Assembly (NCBI GenBank): GCA_013297825.1
Contig: JAAFIN010000147.1
Location: 1-12,746 of the forward strand
Direction of reading: 5' to 3'
Length of the DNA stretch: 12,746 nucleotides
Origin: Cytophagales bacterium
GTDB lineage: Bacteria; Bacteroidota; Bacteroidia; Cytophagales; Microscillaceae
Shown: positions 1-6,081 of the stretch, piece by piece
Layout: every line of letters begins with the position of its first letter
Position numbering within the stretch: the stretch's first letter is position 1
Position numbers and translations under genes: made by a program
Notes under the pieces: generated by a model
Seen by the model: only the letters and a program-made list of their open reading frames with translations
The model's database searches: none
Told to the model about the DNA's origin: nothing

Positions 1-1012
1 CTAACAACATTCCCAAACCTCCGCCCAAAGTCGCACCAGCAACTACCGCCCCAAATATTTCCAAAGGGTGAGCTTTTACGCTTTGCGAAAAAATAATAGG
101 TTGCACCAAAACACTATCCAACGTAATTGCAAGCACAAAAGCAGGCAACAAATGCCCCAAAGCTACCCCAAAATCCCACAAAGTACGTGCTTCTTGTGTG
201 TCTGTTGAAAGCGTAACCACACTCGCAAACACAAAACCAATTCCAACACCTAAATACGGAATAAGATTAAAAACCGCCACAAATATCGCAATCGTAAAGG
301 CATATTTTACCCCAAAAATACTTAACCCAATCGCCAACACCACAAAGAAAATGCCTATTTGCATCATCAAACCCAACAAATAACTACGCAATAATACTTC
401 TATTTTGTACAAAGCAGTAACTACTACCTCAAAATACGCATTGGGAATTACTGCTAAAAATTGCCTTCGCAAAAGATTTTTTTCATACAAAAGCATAAAT
501 GTCAAGAAAAAAACCGCACTCGCATACACCAATACCGAACCTGTAACAGACAAAATATTTTGTAAAATATGACTAAAATCCAAACTTTTTACAAATTGGG
601 TACTTAATACTGTAAGTTCATTGAGCAAAAAACCTGCTTTGCGATTAGGATAAACATTTTTTATCAAAAAATTTTCTATGGAAGATAATGGATTTTGGAA
701 AGCATTTATCACATCTTGGTAATTGATTTTTTGTAAAATAATTGCTTGTTCGCTGATAAGTGGCACTAACATTCCCACAAAAAACGCAGGCAACAACACC
801 AACACCACCAAACTTATAATTACCGCAAGCATACGAGGAATTTTTACACCAAAAATGCTGTGCCTTACCAAAAATTCGGTTAAAGGTCGCAAAATAGATG
901 TAATAAATGCAGATAATAATAAATATGTGAATAAACTTTGAAAATAATAAAATCCAAAACCTATTGCCAAAAAAATCAAAAATATCGTAATTGTACGCTT
1001 TGAAGGCAACAT
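1..1012 (-). CDS. AI-2E family transporter (UPF0118/PerM-like permease); the C-terminal end runs off the window start, so the CDS is partial
   Basis: I translated the minus strand by hand from the ATG (reverse complement of 1010-1012) to position 2. This gives 337 aa with no stop: MLPSKRTITIFLIFLAIGFGFYYFQSLFTYLLLSAFITSILRPL...AVFNLIPYLGVGIGFVFASVV...LEIFGAVVAGATLGGGLGMLL. It is a multi-helix hydrophobic protein with the characteristic NLIPY(L/I)G motif of AI-2E transporters. It is absent from the ORF track only because its stop codon lies outside the window. Confidence 0.75.
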   Translation of the reverse strand, partial: MLPSKRTITIFLIFLAIGFGFYYFQSLFTYLLLSAFITSILRPLTEFLVRHSIFGVKIPRMLAVIISLVVLVLLPAFFVGMLVPLISEQAIILQKINYQDVINAFQNPLSSIENFLIKNVYPNRKAGFLLNELTVLSTQFVKSLDFSHILQNILSVTGSVLVYASAVFFLTFMLLYEKNLLRRQFLAVIPNAYFEVVVTALYKIEVLLRSYLLGLMMQIGIFFVVLAIGLSIFGVKYAFTIAIFVAVFNLIPYLGVGIGFVFASVVTLSTDTQEARTLWDFGVALGHLLPAFVLAITLDSVLVQPIIFSQSVKAHPLEIFGAVVAGATLGGGLGMLL

Positions 1013-1046
1013 ATTTTAGGTTTCTTTTTTTAGGTTTCTTTTAAAT

Positions 1047-1620
1047 TTAAAAATTCTCCCAATAAGATTTAAAATTAGGATAATATTTTTCTAATGCAGT
1101 TTTGATTTCTTTTTTTAAAGCAAAAAATTCATTTTTGAAATCTTTAAAATCAAAAGTAATTTTATTTTCAGAAATATTTTTATCTACTAAATATATTTTA
1201 TCATTTTCACACAAAAATTCTAAATTAAAATTTTGGTGCATACTTTTGATATTAAATACTTGTTTTTGTTGTTTTTCTAATTTTTCTAATAAAAATTCTA
1301 ATTGCACAACAAGATAAATATATTTTATCATTTTCACACAAAAATTCTAAATTAAAATTTTGGTGCATACTTTTGATATTAAATACTTGTTTTTGTTGTT
1401 TTTCTAATTTTTCTAATAAAAATTCTAATTGCACAACAAGATAAAAAACTTCTGCATTTTTGATTTCAATTTTTTTCTCTGGATTTTGAATTTCCTGAAT
1501 AATTAGATTGCTGTATGCTAATTCTGTGGAAAAGCTATCACTATCCAAATCATTTGGGTCTATGTCTTGGTTTTCATTAGCCCAAATTTCTGCATCAAAT
1601 TCAAAAGTAAATATTTTCAT
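1047..1620 (-). pseudogene. Hypothetical protein gene (ancestral product about 148 aa) split by a perfect 127-bp tandem duplication that introduces a +1 frameshift. The ORF-track entries 1252..1620 and 1047..1337 are its two halves.
   Basis: Both listed ORFs share the identical 44-aa block YLVVQLEFLLEKLEKQQKQVFNIKSMHQNFNLEFLCENDKIYL. The 5' ORF runs into garbage (SCCAIRIFIRK...) straight after the block, while the 3' ORF continues sensibly (VDKNISENKITFDFKDFKNEFFALKKEIKTALEKYYPNFKSYWENF). The two frames differ by 1 nt, and 127 mod 3 = 1. Removing one repeat copy restores a single 447-bp ORF. I recognise no known domain. Confidence 0.6.
1188..1441. repeat. Perfect direct tandem duplication, 2 x 127 bp (copy 1 about 1188-1314, copy 2 about 1315-1441; boundaries ambiguous by about 5 bp)
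   Basis: A direct read shows 1191-1313 and 1318-1440 are identical base for base (atatattttatcattttcacacaaaaattctaaattaaaattttggtgcatacttttgatattaaatacttgtttttgttgtttttctaatttttctaataaaaattctaattgcacaacaag). The offset is exactly 127 bp. Confidence 0.85.
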
Positions 1621-1625
1621 AAAAA

Positions 1626-1683
1626 GGTTTAAAGTTTAAGGTTCAAAGTTCAAGGTTTAAGGTTCAAAGTTTAAGGTTTAAAA
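1626..1683 (+). repeat. Array of about 8 tandem RGTTYAA heptamers (ggtttaa agtttaa ggttcaa agttcaa ggtttaa ggttcaa agtttaa ggtttaa). It forms the left arm of the composite repeat element.
   Basis: Read directly from the sequence. The array abuts the ATG (1620) of the minus-strand gene at 1252..1620. Confidence 0.8.
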
Positions 1684-1700
1684 TTTAGTATGAGAATTTT

Positions 1701-2054
1701 ACTAAGTAATAAATAAATTTTAATAAATAGAAGATTTATTTTACTAAATACTAAATAAATTTTAATAAATAGAATATTTATTTTATTAAATAATAAACAA
1801 ATTCTACTAAATAGAAGATTTATTTTATTAAATAATAAATAAATTTTAATAAATAGAATATTTATTTTACTAAATAATAAACAAATTTTAATAAATAGAA
1901 TATTTATTTTATTAAATAATAAACAAATTCTACTAAATAGAAGATTTATTTTATTAAATAATAAATAAATTTTAATAAATAGAATATTTATTTTACTAAA
2001 TAATAAATAAATTTTAATAAATAGAAGATTTATTTTATTAAATAATAAATAAGT
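1701..2054. repeat. Non-coding tandem array of a 42-bp unit, about 8.4 copies, with a 126-bp (3-unit) higher-order duplication
   Basis: The anchor 'aaatagaa' recurs at 1725, 1767, 1809, 1851, 1893, 1935, 1977 and 2019, a period of exactly 42 bp. The unit consensus is aYtaaataataaaYaaattYtaMtaaatagaaKatttatttt. Units 3-4-5 (1785-1910) are near-identical to units 6-7-8 (1911-2036). Each unit carries a small hairpin (aataaat-agaag-atttatt). The array is full of TAA/TAG stops, so it is non-coding. Confidence 0.85.
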
Positions 2055-2100
2055 TTTAAACTTTGAACCTTAAACCTTAAACCTTGAACCTTAAACTTTC
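2051..2100 (-). repeat. Heptamer array in inverted orientation (TTRAACY x about 6). It forms the right arm of the composite repeat element and is an imperfect inverted repeat of 1626..1683.
   Basis: The reverse complement of 2051-2100 is gaa agtttaa ggttcaa ggtttaa ggtttaa ggttcaa agtttaa aactt. These are the same heptamer types as the left arm, in opposite orientation. The array abuts the stop codon (2100-2102) of lpxC/fabZ. Confidence 0.75.
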
Positions 2101-3491
2101 TAAGATTTCCTCACAATACTTGCAGAAAGCACCGCTTCACACACAAGTCCGCCACGCACATACGCCTCGCCTTTCATTTTGGCAATACCTCTGCGAATAG
2201 GATACAACAATTCACATTGAAAAGTAATAGTATCACCAGGTTGCACCATTTTTTTAAATCTACATTCATCAATAGAAAGCAAATATGCCCAATAATTTTC
2301 AGGGTCAGGCACCGTACTAAGCACCAAAATCCCCCCTGTTTGAGCCATTGCTTCTATTTGCAACACACCAGGCATTACAGGATTATTTGGGAAATGCCCC
2401 ATAAAAAAAGGCTCATTGATGGTTACATTTTTGATGCCTGCCACGCTTGTATCGTCCAAATGATAAATTCTATCCAACAATGCAAATGGGTATCTGTGTG
2501 GAAGAATATTAGCAATGTGCTTCACGTCCATCAAAATAGGCATATTTGGGTTATAATCAGGAATACGTTTTTTGCTTTCAAGAAGCATAGCTTGTCTGAT
2601 TTTTTTGGCAAGACCAACATTTGCAGCGTGTCCAGGACGAATTCCCATAATTTGGGCTTTTAGTGGTTTTCCTACAAGTGCAAGGTCGCCAATCACATCA
2701 AGGAGTTTGTGGCGAGCAGGTTCATTTTTAAATCTAAGCGTAATATTGCTTAAAGTACCTTCTTTGTCAATGGTAATTTTTGGTTTGCCCATTAGTTTAG
2801 CAAGTCGGTCAAGTTCTTCTTCTGGGAGGATTTTATCCACAATTACAATGGCATTATCCACATCACCACCTTTTATAAGATTAGCATTAAAAAGTGCTTC
2901 CAATTCGTGCAGAAACACAAAAGTACGACAATTCGCAATTTCATTTCTAAATTCTGAAATATGGCTAATGCTTGCGTGTTGGTTATTTACGATATTTGAA
3001 TTATAATCTACCATTACCACCACACGATAATCATTGAGAGGCATTGCTGAAATTTCTACGCCTCTTGCTTGGTCAGTAAATACAATATTTTCTTTTACTT
3101 CATAATAAATTCTTAAAGCATCTTGTTCTTGCAATCCTACACTTTCCAATGCTTCCACAAACATAATAGAACTTCCGTCCATAATAGGTGGTTCTGCTCC
3201 ATCAATTTGAATAAGCAAATTATCAATTCCCAATCCTACCAATGCAGCAAGCGTATGCTCTACAGTATGTACTCTTGCACCATTTTGTTCTATGGTCGTA
3301 CCACGTGAAGTATCCACTACATTGTCCGCAAGGGCATCAATAATGGGCTGATTAGGTAAATCCACCCTTTGAAACTTGTAACCGTGATTAGGAGGTGCAG
3401 GCACAAAAGTCATAGTAGTTAATGCCCCAGTATGAAGTCCTACACCTGCTACTTTTACGGATTGCTGAATGGTACATTGTTTGTGGCTCAT
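2100..3491 (-). CDS. lpxC/fabZ: Bifunctional UDP-3-O-acyl-N-acetylglucosamine deacetylase / 3-hydroxyacyl-ACP dehydratase (LpxC/FabZ fusion, as is typical of Bacteroidota)
   Basis: The ORF is 463 aa. The N-terminal about 300 aa are LpxC-like ([27 protein letters not shown]..., [10 protein letters not shown]..., zinc-deacetylase fold motifs). The C-terminal about 150 aa are FabZ, carrying the hallmark [13 protein letters not shown] and [23 protein letters not shown] motifs. Confidence 0.9.
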   Translation of the reverse strand: MSHKQCTIQQSVKVAGVGLHTGALTTMTFVPAPPNHGYKFQRVDLPNQPIIDALADNVVDTSRGTTIEQNGARVHTVEHTLAALVGLGIDNLLIQIDGAEPPIMDGSSIMFVEALESVGLQEQDALRIYYEVKENIVFTDQARGVEISAMPLNDYRVVVMVDYNSNIVNNQHASISHISEFRNEIANCRTFVFLHELEALFNANLIKGGDVDNAIVIVDKILPEEELDRLAKLMGKPKITIDKEGTLSNITLRFKNEPARHKLLDVIGDLALVGKPLKAQIMGIRPGHAANVGLAKKIRQAMLLESKKRIPDYNPNMPILMDVKHIANILPHRYPFALLDRIYHLDDTSVAGIKNVTINEPFFMGHFPNNPVMPGVLQIEAMAQTGGILVLSTVPDPENYWAYLLSIDECRFKKMVQPGDTITFQCELLYPIRRGIAKMKGEAYVRGGLVCEAVLSASIVRKS

Positions 3492-3561
3492 AATTTATTT
3501 AAGAATTAGTTTTTTTTATAAAAAAACGAATTTATGTAAAATCAAATGTTGTGATTATTTG

Positions 3562-3594
3562 AAACCTATAAGGTTTTAAAAACCTTATAGGTTT
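3562..3594. promoter_or_regulatory. Perfect 33-bp palindrome (16-bp arms around a single central A) in the lpxC/fabZ upstream region. It is a candidate operator for a dimeric regulator.
   Basis: aaacctataaggtttt a aaaaccttataggttt. The arms are exact reverse complements. It lies about 70-100 bp upstream of the lpxC/fabZ ATG at 3491. It has no clean flanking T-run, so it is not a classical terminator. Confidence 0.4.
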
Positions 3595-3696
3595 ATAACG
3601 CTGAAAATTATTATTTTTTTGTGCAAAATTCCATTTTTAAAACACAAAAAAAAACTTTTTTTAAAAAATTAGCAAAATTTTATGAAACTTTTAAAC

Positions 3697-3768
3697 TTTA
3701 AAACCTTGAACTTTTGAGCTTTTTGAACTTTTGAACCTTTGAGCTTTTTGAGCTTTTGAGCTTTTAAA
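3697..3768 (-). repeat. Degenerate array of CTTTTGAR / TTGAACY units. It belongs to the same heptamer family in inverted orientation and overlaps the stop codon of the OMP gene.
   Basis: aaccttgaa cttttgag ctttttgaa cttttgaac ctttgagc tttttgag cttttgag cttttaaaac. The reverse complement gives (C)TCAAAAG / GTTCAAG units, as in the arrays at 1626 and 11457. Confidence 0.5.
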
Positions 3769-4525
3769 ACCCATAAAACGCCCCTAATTGCAATCCAAGC
3801 ACAATCGCACCAGCTTTTTTGTCAGGTACCCAAATTGTGTGTGCTTTTAAACTTAAATCTGCTGAAAATCTTTTTGAAAATTGATATGCACAACCTGCGC
3901 CAGGTGCAGCACCATAATCCACAGAATTAGAATTAAGGCTCAATGTGCTTGTGGCTAATGCAGCTTGCAATGGTTGAACATTACCAGGAATTCCTGTTCC
4001 TTGTATTTCGTAGTATTTTGCAATCAATTTACCAATTTTTATATCAATATTATCACTTCTACGCACATACACACCAAAATCCCAAGAAACGTAAGGACGA
4101 ATTTTTTTATTTTTTAAGATACTAAATTCTACGCCCATATTGATAGGATAAAAATCTACATTTGGCACTTTTATTTGGTCACTTTCAGGTGATGCTGCAT
4201 TGTAAAGGTCTAAAATTACGATTGTACCTTCACTTATCCCCAACGTTTTAGCGTATTCACCCAAATTTTCGCCTGCTCTACCAAAAGCAAGATATTGCAA
4301 AGATGTAGTAATTGTCCAGCGTGATTGTTCGCTTGTATTTTCGTCTATTTTTTTAGGAATGGTATATTTGCTTGTAACACCAAAACCATAACCGTTTTTG
4401 TTGATAGTTCCAAAATCACCTGTTGGAATTGCATAAGAGGGCATCAATCCAATACGAAAGTTTTGGGCAAAAGTGAAATTAGGATTTAAAAAAAAAAATA
4501 AATTAAAACGTATATTTTGGGGCAT
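3764..4525 (-). CDS. Outer-membrane beta-barrel protein (OmpA/OmpW-like beta-barrel fold, function unknown)
   Basis: The ORF is 253 aa. It has a weak N-terminal signal (MPQNIRFNLFFFLNPNFTFA|Q), alternating hydrophobic beta-strand patterning throughout, and the C-terminal aromatic residue typical of OMP beta-barrels (…LQLGAFYGF). Confidence 0.5.
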   Translation of the reverse strand: MPQNIRFNLFFFLNPNFTFAQNFRIGLMPSYAIPTGDFGTINKNGYGFGVTSKYTIPKKIDENTSEQSRWTITTSLQYLAFGRAGENLGEYAKTLGISEGTIVILDLYNAASPESDQIKVPNVDFYPINMGVEFSILKNKKIRPYVSWDFGVYVRRSDNIDIKIGKLIAKYYEIQGTGIPGNVQPLQAALATSTLSLNSNSVDYGAAPGAGCAYQFSKRFSADLSLKAHTIWVPDKKAGAIVLGLQLGAFYGF

Positions 4526-4603
4526 AAAAAAACAGTATTATTTTTTGTGAAAAAATTTATTTTAAGAAAAATAAATATAAACAAACTTCAAAATGTAAAT
4601 TAA

Positions 4604-5074
4604 ATGAATTACTTTTGGTTTTCAAAAAAAATAATAAAAATACTAAAAATACAACTTAAAATAACCATGAAAAAAGACATAGAATTTCCGCAAGTTGTGG
4701 GCGTATATGTAGCGGTTTTGCAAAATGAGGAACAAGATGGCTGGGAAGTTTTTTTGATAAATGAAAATAATTTTTCACTTACCAATGTATTTGTTACTTC
4801 CACAGGATATTTGGCAGAAGAAGACAATCCAAAAAAAATGAAATTCCAAAGTTCAACTTTACGACATTCTATTCCGATTTTGGAAGCAAATGAATACGCC
4901 AAAATTGAGCCTATTGATGAAAGTGTATTTCATATTTGCAATGAATATTGGGTAAGTTATTATGTAAATGATAAAATTTTTGATAAAAAGTTTATATTTT
5001 TACCCAACACCATTGCCAAAGAAAATTTTATTTTTATTGAAAAATTAGGCAAAAAAGGCGTTTTGCACGGATAA
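4604..5074 (+). CDS. Hypothetical cytoplasmic protein. The true start is probably the ATG at 4667 (MKKDIEFPQ…, about 135 aa), because the first 21 codons of the longer ORF are low-complexity.
   Basis: Non-low-complexity ORF with a plausible start at 4667. It is followed by a strong bidirectional terminator. No recognisable domain. Confidence 0.45.
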   Translation: MNYFWFSKKIIKILKIQLKITMKKDIEFPQVVGVYVAVLQNEEQDGWEVFLINENNFSLTNVFVTSTGYLAEEDNPKKMKFQSSTLRHSIPILEANEYAKIEPIDESVFHICNEYWVSYYVNDKIFDKKFIFLPNTIAKENFIFIEKLGKKGVLHG

Positions 5075-5164
5075 AAAAATAATGGTAAATGAAACAGCCA
5101 AATACAATGTTAAATTTGTTTTTGGCAAATTTTCACCTTTTTGTTGGTATTATAAAACGTATAT

Positions 5165-5207
5165 AAAAAAAACACCTTCCAAATCCAAAAATCTGAAAGG
5201 TGTTTTT
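5165..5207. terminator. Bidirectional rho-independent terminator between the convergent genes 4604..5074 (+) and 5233..5799 (-)
   Basis: aaaaaaaacaccttcc-aaatccaaaaatc-tgaaaggtgtttttaattttgtttt. The stem is about 10-11 bp (aaaacaccttc / gaaaggtgtttt, one bulge). An A-run lies on the left and a T-run on the right. Confidence 0.6.
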
Positions 5208-5232
5208 AATTTTGTTTTAAAAAAAGTATCTT

Positions 5233-5799
5233 TTATTGTTTCACAAATTTAAAAGATTCTTTTGTATTCATATTGTTACTTTTGCCTTTTGTATTTTTGG
5301 CAATCATAGCACGAAATTCTTTTTCAGTTTTAAATTCAGTAGCTTTGTCTTGTCCCATTTTAAAATCGTCTTTGTTTTTTGCTGCTTTTTCTTCAATGAG
5401 TGGCATAACTGAAAGATTTTTGCCTTCCACTTTGTATTTCAAATATGTATTTTTTCCTGGTTCTTTGTCATTGCTAAGTGTCATAAAATTCTCGCCATTC
5501 ACTTTGTGAATATTTACAACAATACCAGGACTTGGCTCACCTTGTGGATTTGGAGGAAGAATCATTTTGTAAGTTTTATCACCTGACGCAGTAAATTCAA
5601 TCGTTTCAATGGCTTGATTTAGTGGGTCGTCTTTTTTTGCAGTTTTTGGTGGTTGTAATTTCCATTTTCCTACAATAGATTTATCTTCTATTTGGTCTTT
5701 TGGTTCGCCTGCCATATATGCAGAACTGATACAAGATGTTGCACAGAAAGCAAGTGCAAGAATGATAAAATGAGTAACAAAATATGCGGTTTTTTTCAT
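5233..5799 (-). CDS. Lipoprotein, lipocalin-like domain
   Basis: The ORF is 188 aa. It has a signal peptide with a lipobox-like Cys (MKKTAYFVTHFIILALAFCATSC). The mature protein begins with a GKWKL motif (SIVGKWKLQ), typical of bacterial lipocalin-like lipoproteins. It is lysine-rich and hydrophilic. Confidence 0.6.
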   Translation of the reverse strand: MKKTAYFVTHFIILALAFCATSCISSAYMAGEPKDQIEDKSIVGKWKLQPPKTAKKDDPLNQAIETIEFTASGDKTYKMILPPNPQGEPSPGIVVNIHKVNGENFMTLSNDKEPGKNTYLKYKVEGKNLSVMPLIEEKAAKNKDDFKMGQDKATEFKTEKEFRAMIAKNTKGKSNNMNTKESFKFVKQ

Positions 5800-6036
5800 T
5801 TTTTTTTATAAAAAGTTGTATAAAATTTTTAGTGATTTAACATTGCAAACCTACATATTTATTTTTGATTATTTAAAAACTTTTTACCAAATGCCATTTT
5901 GAATTGATGAAATGTCATTTTTAATAAACAAAAGTGTTAAAATCATTTTTTTAAAAATTATTTTTTTATTAAAAAAAAAACCTGTATTTTTAGAAAGATT
6001 TTATAAATCAAAAGGTAATTAAATACCCTAATTTTT

Positions 6037-6078
6037 AATTTCTCATTCTTAATTCCTAATTCTTAATTCTTAATTATT
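6037..6078 (+). repeat. Six tandem AATTCYT heptamers ending 4 bp before the MVP start codon
   Basis: aatttct cattctt aattcct aattctt aattctt aattatt, then tact ATG. The period of exactly 7 was verified by the positions of 'aattc' at 6051, 6058 and 6065. Confidence 0.7.
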
Positions 6079-6081
6079 ACT

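Noticed and set aside
198-941. Plus-strand ORFs 198..383 and 723..941 from the ORF track
   Set aside because: They lie antisense within the continuous 337-aa AI-2E transporter frame on the minus strand. Their translations are low-complexity and lack domains. The minus-strand reading is far more protein-like.
1626-1683. GGTTCAA motifs as tRNA T-arm signatures or a tRNA gene
   Set aside because: The motif is tandemly iterated with a 7-bp period. No acceptor or anticodon stems can be formed and there are no GC-rich arms. It is a repeat array, not a tRNA.
1701-2054. 42-bp tandem array as a possible CRISPR array
   Set aside because: The period equals the unit length, so units are contiguous with no unique spacers. 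Units are 85% or more AT. No cas genes or leader are present. It is a satellite or minisatellite, not a CRISPR array.
2217-3308. Plus-strand ORFs 2217..2663, 2572..3006 and 3123..3308
   Set aside because: They are antisense overlaps inside the well-supported lpxC/fabZ CDS, with low-complexity or Ser/Cys-rich translations.
4604-4666. ATG at 4604 as the start of the hypothetical protein
   Set aside because: The first 21 codons (MNYFWFSKKIIKILKIQLKIT) are low-complexity AT-driven sequence. The ATG at 4667 (MKKDIEF…) is a more plausible start. The whole ORF is kept as the feature span but flagged.
3943-5509. Small ORFs 3943..4125, 4609..4902 and 5273..5509
   Set aside because: Each overlaps, antisense, a better-supported gene (the OMP, the hypothetical protein, the lipoprotein).
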